Translations under genes and position numbers: made by a program | Part shown: positions 1 to 12,886 of the stretch, piece by piece | How positions within the stretch are numbered: the first letter of the stretch is position 1 | How the letters are laid out: every line of letters begins with the position of its first letter | Notes under the pieces: generated by a model | What the model saw: only the letters and a program-made list of their open reading frames with translations | Told to the model about the DNA's origin: nothing | Database searches by the model: none | NCBI RefSeq assembly: GCF_009914755.1 | Contig: NC_060929.1 | DNA length: 64,000 nt | Source of the DNA: the human T2T-CHM13v2.0 reference genome, Homo sapiens | Direction: 5' to 3' (one strand)

Positions 1-896
1 TTCTGGTAAGCTTTTCAGCTAGCTGTATTTTCTTAATTTTCAGATAAATTAAAAATAATACATTCTTTTCTTTTTTTGTAGATCCCTATATATGCTTTAG
101 GTAATTGACAGCTTCTTACATTCTGTATGAAACAAGCTCCATTCTTTTTCTGATCCTCCAATGAAAACAATAAAGCCAAATATTCAAGCAATTAAAATAT
201 TAAACTTGCTCTAGTTCAGTTGTGACATTAAAAAGTGCAAATATATGAAACAAAATAAACATGACTTATAATAAATTGAATTCTCCATCTCTGTGCAACT
301 GGCATTAAAGGGAATACAACTTCAGCTATTATCTCTACTTACTGCTTTGTGAGCAGTTATCATAATAACTGGAAAATTACTCTTTCATCTCTTGATGTTT
401 TACAAGTTAATCATTTAAAAATTTGTCTAGACATATATGACATTTATTTTTCATGGTTCTCAAAGACGTTGTCAACAGGAAGTCTCAGTTATTGCACATT
501 TTATTTAATTGTTTGCTTGATTATTTCTTCCCTTCAATTCTGTCTGTTATCTCCCTGGGCATTCCTACTAAATAGATGACGTCTAGATTTCAACATAATT
601 GAGAAAATATGAGAAACTCTCATATTTTAATCACTCGTGCTTATAATGATCCATTCAGGGAAAAATCTAGATATGTATAATAAGTACATATGTGTGTGTT
701 AATGCTTAGAAATGAGACTAGGATATACTGTAATATATTAACAGTAATTAACTTTGGACTTTTTAATAGGTCCTTTTTTATTTTATTTTATTCTTCTGTG
801 TCTGATTTGTCATCAAGGAAAGCCTTTTTGGGCTTGTTATTTCTCCCCCAAATCATGTATGTGCTTCTCATTGACTTCCTGAACTGTGTCTATGGG

Positions 897-1677
897 TAGA
901 GCTGACTACATGGCCTTGAGACCAGTGCAGCAGTACATAGCCTCCTACTCAGAAGTTTAGGGTTTAATGCTCTGCAGTTGGCAGCTTAAAATTTTTAGCA
1001 ATTTTATCTTTGGATCTATATTTTGTTAAGTGGCATCAAATAAGACAGTGAAGAATACATGAAACCTGAGATCACACATAATCTTGCCTTCAAGTCTTGG
1101 CCTTCTGCTCTTGGCCATTTTGTGCACTTATTTCTCTCCTCCCTCACTTTATCTTCTATCCTGCTCTGTAACCACTGCCTCCTTTCCCCTTTAGTGGGTG
1201 CTTGGACATAGACATGAGGAAGGTCAAAGTCAGTTAAGGCTCAGGTGATGTGTGTTGTGTAGCCTCTGGGCATGGGGCATGGAAGTGCCCAAATCTGCCC
1301 AAGCTAGCAGCACCATGTTAGGAATGGTAGCCTGTGGGAAGCAGAGGTTTACTTCCCCATCATGGGCTGGGCAACGTGTGTTGGCTGGGTGACTGACAGT
1401 TGGAGAAATTCAGCTTCAGCAGTAAATGGATTGTGTGTGAAGCGTCATGGGACTAGGTCTCCCAGGGTGATTGTGAGGGTCTGAACTCATTTAGATACCA
1501 TTCTCATACCCAAGCAAGCATGATATTGTATAATGAAAAAAAATGATGCAGTTTGAGAGAGAAACCAGAAAAATATTTTCTATTTTAGTACCTTAAAATG
1601 CACCTTTTTCTGCTTTTTGAACATGGCCCCACATTTTCATTTTGCACTGGGCTCCATAAATCATGGACCTGGCTCTG
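897..1677 (+). mobile_element. MER45-family (hAT-Tip100) non-autonomous DNA transposon
   Basis: Imperfect terminal inverted repeats (TAGAGCTGACTACATG at 897; reverse complement of the end reads CAGAGCCAGGTCCATG). MER45-like internal motifs GGTTTAATGCTCTGC and CACATTTTCATTTTGCACTGGGC. TSD not convincing. Confidence 0.7.
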
Positions 1678-2704
1678 CTTGTGATGCCCTTCAGATATCT
1701 CCCGTCAGAACCCAGTCTAGAGGGCTGATGGCATAGGTTTACATTGATCAGTATGGTCATCCATCTGCCTCAACTGTGAGGATCAGATAGGTAACCCCAG
1801 GGATCTTTCTTTCTGTAAAATTGATTCTTTCGAATCATTGAAACAACTGGTGTAAGCAAACTCAATTAAGTTTAAGGCATTTTACTGAGCAGTGGCTTAA
1901 TAAGGAGACAGTGATTTCCTTGTTAGGGATGTGTGGTTTCTTCCCCTCTTTGAGATGAGTTTCTCATGGCAAACTCCAGTTAGGGAGAAGCCCACCAACC
2001 CTCCTGCCTTAGAATGGTGAGACACAGGTGCCTTTCTTTTTGAATCTGCTTTTGATATTGTTGTATCAAATGTGTCAGTAGATCTAAGTGGAATGTTTCA
2101 CGCCTCTTCCATCTTTTTCCTGGCCTCCACAAAGCACATTTTCAAATTAGGGTTGAGTTTCTTTCATGTTGGTATAGCCAAAACAACTATTCAGAAGATG
2201 TGTCTGAGAAATCCAAGGCACTAAGAGTCCTTGCCTTCCTTTCCTACTATGTTTGTGGTTTCTGCGATTATTTATCTGTACTGTAATCCTTTCTCTAAAT
2301 TGGGGCATATAAATAAGATTTGATACATTTTCCTTTACATATTTTCTGTAATACTACATTAATGTACTGAGAATGTCAACTGGGTTATACTTGTGCTAGA
2401 TATAGAAAAAATACTCAAACTTTAAAGCATGTGGTTGACATAATTTCTTCATTTCCCTTGTGATAAAGTTGTTTTTCTTTTCCTCATGGTTCCCTTGGTT
2501 TGGATTGTGAATTTCTGTTAGAGGGTGTTATAAGTCACTTAGTTTGTTATCTTTCTCAGAAGTCCTATCTTGTCTCGAGTTATTTAAAACTCTGTAAACA
2601 TTGAGCTAAACAGCCAGACAACATTCTAATTGTCTTAATATACTTAGGTCATCTCCTGTTACTGGACAATAGTTTGCTGATCATTTTTTCCATTCCAATT
2701 AATG

Positions 2705-2892
2705 TTTTAATATGTATTATATATAATGTATATTAATATACATTATATATGATATATATTATATACATTAATAATATATATTAATATACATTATATATAA
2801 TATATAAATATACATTATATATTTTATATTTGTTTTAATAAACATATATTTTATATATGTTTATATATATTTTATATATGTATATATAATAT
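2705..2892. repeat. AT-rich low-complexity / (TA)n tract
   Basis: Almost pure A/T with TA dinucleotide runs and internal palindromes. Confidence 0.9.
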
Positions 2893-2894
2893 TT

Positions 2895-3170
2895 CAGAGT
2901 ATTTCTTCAGGATTGGTCTCCCATACTGGAAAAATACAGGTATTTATAAAGGCCTTGATAATATATTGCAAATCAGCTCATTAGAAAGATTATACCCATT
3001 TAGATTTCTACCAGCATCCCAAAGTTTGACTGTCTGATCAGCTTTAGTTATTATCACTTAAGTGATGGAAAATGGAATCCTGTTTTGATTTGCATTTCTT
3101 TGACTAGTAAGATACGAAGTTTGCTTAAATGTTTTTCAGCCACTTGTGTTTTCTTTTTCAGGCATTTTAT
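2895..3170 (-). mobile_element. Ancient L1M(E) ORF2 3' fragment
   Basis: Degenerate L1 antisense motifs such as GTTTTGATTTGCATTTCTTTGACTAGT. Confidence 0.55.
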
Positions 3171-3975
3171 TTAATAAAAACGTAGTCTTCAGAGCACAAT
3201 AGACTTTAGAAAATATATTAAATTGTTTATGATTTCCACCATGAGTCTTTTATATGTGTTAACTTGCACAAATGAAAAAACTGTATCTTAATAGGGATGT
3301 CTTTCATGGTTGTCTGCAACAGTCATAGCTTACTAATTCTATTGAGGGGAGATGGCTGAGGCTAGCCAGCTATCTAAAAGAGAGATTTGACCAAAGATAG
3401 ACAAGAGTGCATAATGTAGCTTCATAGTTGTAACTTCGTCAACTCCTGCTATTGCCCATATGATTTCTTAGCAGTTGTTTAAGGGCTTATATTTTTCTAG
3501 AGGGGGAGGAATGTACTTTTCATCGAAGGTTTATTTGGTAATTCATATTTCCTTTATGGTCTACATTGATTGTCGGTTATAGCTCTTACCCAGTGTGTGT
3601 TTTTTGAAATGGAAATTTAATTGGGTGAGCATTTGTGATGAGATGTTTAAGTGACTTAGGAATATGCGTAACGACATGTACATGTTGTTTAATCAAAAGT
3701 GTAAAGTAAGTAGAATTAGAATTTAGAAACAGTAGTCTCGTAGTGCTAAGACTGAACATTACTTATTTTCAGTTGAGCAAGGAAAATTAAACTACTTACA
3801 GTTATATTATTATTTACCCTGGTGATTTAACCTTACAAATATTTTACAAAATAATATAAATAGAAACATGTGAAGTGTAGGCAACTGGAAACGTCACATT
3901 TTCTAAGTAACCATGAATGGATGAATAGTAAATCTTATATATTTATGATCTCTGAAATATAATTCAAATACTGAC

Positions 3976-4000
3976 TGTGTGTGTGTGTGTGTGTGTGTGT
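3976..4000. repeat. (TG)n microsatellite
   Basis: About 12 TG units seen directly. Confidence 0.95.
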
Positions 4001-4054
4001 ATATAACATATATACATACAATTAACATTTGTTTAGCAATTTATGGCTTTGTAA

Positions 4055-4446
4055 TATACTTCTATGCACATAAATTTATTTGATTCAATAAAGAGAAATT
4101 ACTATTACCAAAAGTCTTTTCAGTTTCTTGGTTTAAACCTAAATATATATATATATTTTAGCCTAAATATATATATACATTTTAAATAATATATAAACCT
4201 AAATATATATATTTTAACCTAAGTATGTATATATATTTTAACCTATATATACATATATATTTAAATGGTTTATATGGGAATATATATATTTAAATGGTTT
4301 ATATCAGTGTATATATGTGTGTGTGCATATATATATATGTGTATATAATAGACATATTTAAATTTAAACCAAGAAACTAAAAAGTCTTTTGGTATTAGTA
4401 ATTCCTTTTTAGTGAATCAAATAAGTTTATGTGCATTAAAGTGTAT
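4055..4446. repeat. Inverted repeat (~84-bp arms) around a TA-rich spacer
   Basis: 4055-4137 is an imperfect reverse complement of 4363-4446. The spacer is (TA)n with AACCTAAATATATAT units. Confidence 0.9.
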
Positions 4447-4699
4447 GAAATGTTTAATAAGAATTTCCAAAGAGGCAATAAGTATGACTCAGTAACACAA
4501 GCCCAGGGAGGAGTAGATTCAGAAGCTGGGGAATTCTCTTGAGAATAATACTTTTGTATATAGGAGCTTGAGTATCATCCCAAATTGAAAAAAAAAAGGG
4601 AGTTTTTAATGATAATTACAAAATGTTAAAAAATTAAGCTAGTAAATGACCTTAAAACAATTTTTGGTGCAAAACAAAACTATTTAATGCTTGTGGATG

Positions 4700-6310
4700 C
4701 CTTCATTCACGGAACAAATAATAATTATCGATCTTTTCTATGGGTTAGACACTGTTCTAGGAACTTCGGATAGATCAGTTAATGAAAAGAGAAACATTCC
4801 TGCCCTCATTGTGCTTGCATTCTATCAAGGAGAGATACAAAATGAACAATAAACCTGATAAATAGGCCCATATTAATGACTGTGGAAAGCTAAGTGTTAT
4901 GGACAGAAGAAACATTAGAAGCAGCAAGGGGAATTAGGAGTCAGTGTGGGAGAAGAGAATACATTCTCAGTATTAAATAAGATGATAGATAAGGGAAGGC
5001 CTTGTTGAGAAGGTAAGTTCTGAGTGAAGACATGAAAGAGATAAGAGGATTAGTCAAGAGGTTATCTGGGAAAAAAAAATATTCCAAGTAGAAGTAACAC
5101 CAAGAGCAAGTGCACAACCTGCGGACATGCTAGAAACATGTGGGAGGCCAGTGCCTAGAGGAATCAGGGATGATGCAGAAGCAGATGGGTTCAGAGAGCC
5201 AATGGGGATGGGGAGCAACCCCATAGGACCTTATTAGTTGTAATGATTTTAGATTTTATTCTGAGTAAGATGGAAATCCAATGCAGAGTTTTAAGCAAAC
5301 GACTTGATCAGACTTGATTTTTTTTTTAGTTATACTTTAAGTTCTAGGGTACACGTGCACAGCATGCAGGTTTGTTACATAAGTATACATATGCCATGTT
5401 GGTTTGCCGCACCCATCAACTCATCATTTACATTAGGTATTTCTCCTAATGCTATCCCTCCCTCAGCCCCCCACCTCCCGACAGGCCCCAGTGTGTGAAA
5501 TTCCCTGCTCTGTGTCCATGTGTTCTCATTGTTCAACTCCCACTTATGAGTGAGAACATGCGGTGTTTGTTTTTTTTGTCCTTGCGATAGTTTGCCGAGA
5601 ATGATGGTTTCCAGCTTCATCCATGTGCCTGCAAAGGACATGAACTCATCCTTTTTAATGGCTGCATAGTATTCCATGGTGTACATGTGCCACATTTTCT
5701 TAATCCAGTCTATCATTGACAGACATTTGGGTTGGTTCCAAGTCTTTGCTATTGTGAATAGTGCTGCAATAAACATATGTGTAGCATGTGTCATTATAGT
5801 AGCATAATTTATAATCTTTTGGGTATATACCCAGTAATGGGATTGCTGAGTGAAATGGTATTTCTAGTTCTAGATCCTTGAGGAATCACCACAGTGTCTT
5901 CCACAATGGTTGAATTAATTTACACTCCCACCAACAGTGGAAGAGCATTCCTATTTCTCCACATCCTCTCCAGCATCTGTTGTTTCCTGGTTTTTTAATG
6001 ATTGCCATTCTAACTGGTGTGAGATGGTATCTCATTGTGATTTTGATTTGCATTTCTCTGGTAACTAGTGATGATGAGCATTTTTTCGTATGTCTGTTGG
6101 CTACATAAAAAGATTTGAGAAGTGGATCAGACTTGAATTTTAAAAGACTACTTCTAGTTTCTGTGCTGAAATTACCTTGTAAAAGATTAGGTTAAAAATC
6201 CAGGCAAGATATGGTAGAGGCTTGAACTAGGGTGCATATGATAAATAGTGACCAGATTCTGAATATATTTTGAAGATTTTACCGATGGGATTTGCCAGCT
6301 TGTAACACAG
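4700..6310 (-). mobile_element. L2 (L2a-like) 3' fragment, interrupted by an L1PA
   Basis: L2 antisense hallmarks GACACTGTTCTAGG, CCTGCCCTCATTGTGCTTGCATTCTA, AGGGAAGGCCTTGTTGAGAAGGT and GATTTTATTCTGAGTAAGATGGAAATCCAATGCAGAGTTTTAAGCA; resumes after 6136. Confidence 0.75.
5318..6124 (-). mobile_element. 5'-truncated L1PA (L1PA6/7-like) with 12-bp TSD
   Basis: PolyT then TTATACTTTAAGTTCTAGGGTACA. ORF 5375..5794 gives the ORF2p C-terminus (MFIAALFTIAKTWNQPKC). TSD GATCAGACTTGA at 5306-5317 and 6125-6136. Confidence 0.95.
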
Positions 6311-8824
6311 GATGTGTCAGGAGTGGCTTTCCTGGTTGCTAGACAGTTCCTTGGACTCCATGCTGCTAACTATCCTTGGAGTTGAGGCTCCTGGTGTCCT
6401 CTTTGGTTTGAGTCTTTGTCTCTGGTCATCCCAGGTTTCAAACTAATGCTCGTCTGGTTGGTACTGATGTACAGCTTCTCTGTGTACCACTCAACTGGTT
6501 TTAGGTGTCCTGTTCCAACATTTGAACCCTTACTATCTATTCAGCCCTCTATCATGTTCATTATTTGCCCTAATACCTGTTTATCTTCCAGCCATTTGGG
6601 CCTGAGATTTTTCCTGGAATCTGTTACTAGCTGCCAGCTATGATACAAGTGTGAACTAGAGCTGCAATTATTATTATTTTATCGGTGAAGCCATGATGAA
6701 GGGAACGGGCTAGGAGTTATTCAGGATTTTTTAAAAAGTAAGGAAATTTTGATTTCATTAATCCCTAGCTAAACAAGACTCTATGTTGTCACCACTTTAA
6801 GTTAAATAAAATGTTCCAGCAGAATAAATATATTCATGAAGGTTTCCATCTTTATGACATATTTTTTTCTGATATGACCAAAAAATCCATGTAGCTATAG
6901 AAAATATGTTTAGTTAAAATTCTTTAAAAGCATTTTGAAACTCTATTGTTTTGTAATTTGGTTAGTGATAATTGGGATATTTAAACAGTAACGATTAAAA
7001 TAAAATTTATAGACTGTTTATGAAAAATACTTCTTGTGTAACCATGTTTTGTCACATCGAGGTAGAAATTTTGGGTTTGCTTCATTCATACATTTACTGG
7101 TACAAACTCATCTGAACTCCGTTTGACCTCATCTTACTTGAAATGGACTCTCTAGGAAAGCAGAAAATACTTTCAAATAAACATCTCCTAAAATGCATTT
7201 TAACCTTGGATCTGGAAATCTATAAAAGAATACCTGTTTTTTTAGTACATTGATAACATAGAGAGAATTCCTTACAGCTGAAAATTATGGTATTTAAAGG
7301 TTTCAAGATGTCTTTCCAGGTTTTGAATTGGCAGCAAGCCAGTTACTGAATGGCTATATTTTAGAAGCCCATCTTGCCTCCACTTCCTTAGGTTTTCTAA
7401 TTTTTCATATCAGTGCTCGGCTCTGAGAAAATATTGTATATATTCTTTAAAGTCCATTCACTTTTCTGTTGCTCTAGATACAAGATTTGCCTCAAAAAAA
7501 AATCCTTAAAAATAAGTAAAAGATACAACAAATCCCTGCAAATCCTAGAGAACCTGACCGTCCTTAAGTGTATAAGCACAAACATTTTGGATTAGTTCCT
7601 CATAAAACTTAAATAAATGTTGACATAAGAATCTTAGTATAGTGTCATTATTTTCATATCAACTTCTAAACTGGTTTGTAACAAACATATCTTTTTGTAT
7701 GTGTGTGGCTTGCAAAGCAATCTTAATGGCTTAAAGCATCTGTGTTACATACAATTTAAATACCTTTGAATTCTCTTTCCATAAACCATTGATTGACTAC
7801 ATCATGGGGCACTTCCAAACCCCATTCTTTTGGATAGTGCTTCATGTTCCATTTTGTGGATAGAAATGTGGCAATATCCTATCCAGTAGAGGTTTTCATT
7901 GGGTAACCACAGGAAGGACTCAATGTAAAAGCTCTGAGACTTTTACCATAAAAGAAAGGGAGAGATATTTGTAACATTTTACAAAAATGTGTTTTTGTTA
8001 TGTCTGAATATTGTTCTTCCAGAATCAGTGATTTTTTTTTTAAGTTTTACTGCCGGATGATGGAAAGAAAAAAAAAAACTTGACATTTGTTTCTTAGACT
8101 GCCCAAGAATTGTAATGACTGTAAATGAACTTGCCTCCTGTGGTCATTTGTAAATTAAATTTATTGCGGAGGATATGTGTATAATCCTTCCTGGGGACCA
8201 TTTATATGAAAGTTAATAAAGTCTACTTATGGCCTTAAACGAGCAGAATCAAGAGTATCTAGAGAACTTTTAAAAAATAAGGAAAAATGGAATAGTGAGA
8301 AGAACAGAAATAAAATCAGGTGATTTTAGAAACATAGTTCACCTTGATAGATTGGAAAATTTACATACAAAATTAAGGAATGTACAACTAAGAATTGTTC
8401 ACAGATGGCCACCACACCTATGGTAGGTTAATTACGTAGGATTTGACTTTATGTCTGGTTTTACGTGTCTCTTTCTTTGGTTAGAAAACCCCTTTCTCCT
8501 CATATATTGCCAATTCATACCCTCTTACAATTTGGCTTAGTTTTTTCCTTTTCTCAAAATATCCTCAAGCTATTAAGTTCTATACCAGCAAATGCTTTAT
8601 TAATGTTACATCATTCTGCATTTGTTGCCCTGTCTGCTTTTCCAGCTACTGCATATTTGTATAATTTTGCTTGTAGTTTGAGCCTAATTTCCAGGCTTAT
8701 TAGGGGTAAAAAAATCTATCTTTTGTTTTCTTCTATTTCCTTTATATTTTCCAGTACAATAATCCTCTCATAGCAGGAATCTTTAACTGGGGAATTTACT
8801 GTATTAGATAATTCAACCAGGCAT

Positions 8825-9030
8825 ATGATTTCTCAGTGGGGCACTATCATCACTTTGGATTGGACAGATATTTGTCTTCTGGGACTTATCTCTCTGCCAC
8901 CTTCCCTTTCTCCATATTGCAACATTTTTAACATTCTTGGCTCTGACAGTAAATGCCATTAGTCTTTTAAGTCATTTGACAACCCATGATGCCTCCTAAG
9001 AAGAAAGTATTATTGCCCCAATTGAGTCTC
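8825..9030 (-). mobile_element. Degenerate MER20-like hAT-Charlie element
   Basis: TTTCTCA..GGCACTAT..., TAAATGCCATTAG...TGACAACC and CCCCAATTGAG resemble recalled MER20 in antisense. Confidence 0.45.
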
Positions 9031-9059
9031 AGTTCCTTTCATAATACTAAAAACAATTT

Positions 9060-9228
9060 AGGATTATTTTATTTATTGGTTGCTTTATTTGTTCTTCTCC
9101 CACACTAAGATAAAACTTCAACAGTACATGTACTGATTTTTTTTTCTGTGTCATTCATTGTATATGGTATAATACTTAGGACAATGCCTGGCACATGGTA
9201 GGTGCTTAATAATTTATAGAAAAAATGT
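9060..9228 (+). mobile_element. L2 3' end fragment
   Basis: CTTAGGACAATGCCTGGCACATGGTAGGTGCTTAATAA is the L2 3' terminus motif. Confidence 0.7.
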
Positions 9229-9414
9229 GTGCCAAAGCCATTTCATAGGTCTTTGTAAACTATTTTAAGCAGCACAAAATTTTGGCAACAACTTACTAAA
9301 TAGGTTGTAGATAGTCTGAGTTAAAGAGCATCTACTAGTTCTGAACACAGATTAGCTTAGATATTGGCAGAATGTGGCTTTCATTAATTTCTTTTTCCTC
9401 TAAACTTACTATAA

Positions 9415-9741
<327 letters not shown>

Positions 9742-11360
9742 TAGTCTTTTTATACCTGGTTTCTCTTACTAGGTAATAAGATAATTAGTAACACTTGGCT
9801 TTAATCTGTGATGGTTACTGTTAGGCCAACAGTAATAATTCCTATCAAGATACAAGAAAGAAAAACATTTTGTATGTAACAAAGAAAGCCTTAAATGGTC
9901 ATTACTATTTAACAATGTTCAATATTGCCATCTTTTACTTTTGAAACAATGCAACATATCCACGTGGCCTTTAGTGGTCCCACTGATTGACTTCCCAGCT
10001 AGTCAAGGCTGGAGATTCCAGAGGAAATGTTATAAGCAGAATGTCTTGCAATTACCATTCAGGTATAATGTTAATAGTTATCAATCTTGCACGTATGTTA
10101 TATTTAACTCTATTTTTTTGCTGTAACCAGTTTCCCAAATATCTAGGATCTGTGCTGAGGAGTTAAATCAACATTATCCTGTCTTTATCACCTCTGTCAC
10201 TTTGAAGTATAAGAAAGTTCTTTTCTCTAGGCACTTTTCAAAGATTTATACAAGTATATATCTTCCTTTTGATTTTTCAGAATCAGGTCTCAAAAGCTTA
10301 CCCAAGGTCAGAATTCATTCAAGATGCATTGGTGTCTTTTTGAGCATTAATTTCCACCAGTTGTGCACATTCTAGGACTAGTAGCGGTTTGAGTTTCCTG
10401 GTAGCTTGGCAGCATTATTTTCAGTGTTTTATTGGGCTTACTATTTCGCTGAAGGCTTAACAGGCTTATTTTCAAATTCTTAATCAAGAACAAGTTTAAT
10501 GATTAAAGGTAATTATCTCCAGATTAGAAGGACTTTAAAAAATTTATCAGCATTCCAAAATTTAACAAATAACTCTTGATAATCTAATTAAAATCCTACT
10601 TTTGCTGCCAGACTATTTCAAGTCAGACACTCATTCAACCTCTTGTAGCAAATCATGATCAATTTAAGCAGTTTCTGACAATTCAGACATAGAAGTTGAC
10701 CTGTGTAATATTTAGATTGTTCCCTGGAGGATGATCATCTGTGAGAATTAGTTTTGCCTTCTTACTTATTTTTAATGGGAGATAATGTTAGTTATCTCTA
10801 GTTATTAAGAAGTTAAAATCACCCTAAAGTAGAGGGTGCATTGGCTGTGTAATATACCTATGTGTATATAACAGACAAAATTGTTTCCAGCAGCAAATCA
10901 GAATCAGCTGCTTCACATCATAGTGAAAGGCCTTTCACTTTCCATTAGATTTGCACCTTAAATAGTAATTAAATTTAGAGGCCATATTGTAAAGGAATTC
11001 AGTCTAGTTTAGAACCATGGAATTTTGGTGGGTAATTAAACACACACAGAAAATCCTACACTATTCATGGGAGCTGTTTATATAAGCTGGGGGGCAAAAT
11101 TTTTTTTATAGTTCTTAAAATAATTTGGACTTCTTGAATAAGCCTTATTTACCCAAAGATATACTTAACCTGTTAGTAACCAGCTGTTGTTTTAGAACCA
11201 ACTTAAAGTTTGAATTCTAACAATGGGAGTTGTATGCCATCAAGCAACCAGAAAGGGTGCAATCATGGTTAAGTGAAGACTCCAAGAGCACAATTTGTCT
11301 GTCAATCCATGTTATTTGTTTTAATTTCTATTGCTTCTAGAAAGCTTTTTGTTAGTCTTG

Positions 11361-11576
11361 TTTTCATTTTTAATTTTTGTGGGTACACAGTAGGTGTATA
11401 TATTTATGGGGTACATGAGATTTTTTGATACAGGCATGCAGTGTGAAATAAGCACATCATGAAGAATGGGGTTTTCATCCCCTCAAGCATTTTTTCAGGG
11501 TTGCAAACAATTCAATTACACTCTTTAAGTTATTTAAAAATGTTCAGTTAAGTTATTAATGACTGTATTCACTCTG
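11361..11576 (-). mobile_element. L1MA2/3-like 3' end
   Basis: TTTTTGTGGGTACACAGTAGGTGTATATATTTATGGGGTACATGAG; flanked on both sides by TAGTCTT. Confidence 0.85.
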
Positions 11577-12689
11577 CTAGTCTTTTCTTGCCCTTCATAC
11601 TCTTCTAGGAGATTTGGTGGCAGAATTGAAAGTGGATGAGGCCGAGAAACATGTAACCTAGGCATGGCAGCACTTCCAGACCTCATCTGTGTACATATTT
11701 ATGTGCTTCCAATTATCAATGTGTGGGAGTTTTGTCAAAAAAAGCTGGGCTTGTAGTTCCTTTTGTTCTTCAGTGTCTATTGTGGTTTATGTTTTAAATG
11801 GGATGCAAATGTGATTTACAGTGCATGGCATGATGCAGTTAAGAGAAAATTGGACTTTACAAGGCAATGCAGACTTTAGCAGGGAAGGGCTGCGTGTGAG
11901 CAACATGTTCCTGCGGGTGACGAAGGAACAACCCAGCGTGACTTATGGTGAGGCTGCAGAGTAAAGAACATGTGAAGGGTTGTTCTGCCCAAGGAACATG
12001 GCTTTCTTCCCTGTGGTCTGGGAGAGCAGAACTAAGTCTCTTAAAACTGTTTAGAGAGCTGTTATGTAATGTTGCTATATGGTTGAGAAAAGGACATACA
12101 GAGCAGGAATGTTTTCTCATTGGGCAGGGCTGATTCTAACAGATACCTAAGGAGCATATTTATCACCATTCCAGATAGCCACACAATCAGTGTCCACATT
12201 AGCACTTTTTGGTAGAACATTCCCAAGAAATTTTAAAGTTCTGAACAAATGGCCATGCTGTCTGAACAGCAGTTATGCAGCCCAACCATCCTTAAAGAGC
12301 GGAGACTCTTTGGAATCAAGTTTACCAACTCAAAGTTCCTGCAGGAGTGGAATGACATTAAATCAAATTATTCAAACATAATTCATTTAATCATTCAACA
12401 AATCTATCCTGAGCATGTTCCATGAGCTGGAAAATAAATATGCATTGGTGACAAAAAAAAAAAAAAGCATCGTGGTTCAGGAAAAAAATGTGGGTTTTGA
12501 TTTTAATCTTGGCTTTTATATTTGTGTAAATCTTATTTCAATAATGCAGATATATTATAGCTTCTAGTATTTGAGACATATCTCAACACATATTTAAAAT
12601 GGCCTTGTTTCTTTTAACCCATTATTATACATTTAGGACCTTTAGTTTTTAACTGTGAGATGAAGCAGTTGAATTAGTATTGTCTTTGG

Positions 12690-12886
12690 GGAGAATAGCT
12701 GGGTTTCAAATCACATCACTGCCACTTAATCTTTGAGGGAGTCTTGGAAAAATTATTTGACTCCTCTAATTTTCTGTTTTTCTGTCTTCAAAATCATACT
12801 TACTTCAAGAGGCTATTGTAAGGATGCTAATACATGTGAATTTCTTAGAACAAGTGACTGCCATAAAGTTAGCTCACAGTAAATTC
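12690..12886 (+). mobile_element. MIR SINE (smaller L2/MIR pieces at ~12380-12560)
   Basis: CTGGGTTTCAAATC..CTGCCACTTA..TCTTGGAAAAATTATTTGACTCCTCT..GGCTATTGTAAGGAT MIR core. Confidence 0.65.

Noticed and set aside
4138-4300. CRISPR-like or regularly spaced repeat array
   Set aside because: The units are microsatellite-derived with no unique spacers, and the context is eukaryotic.
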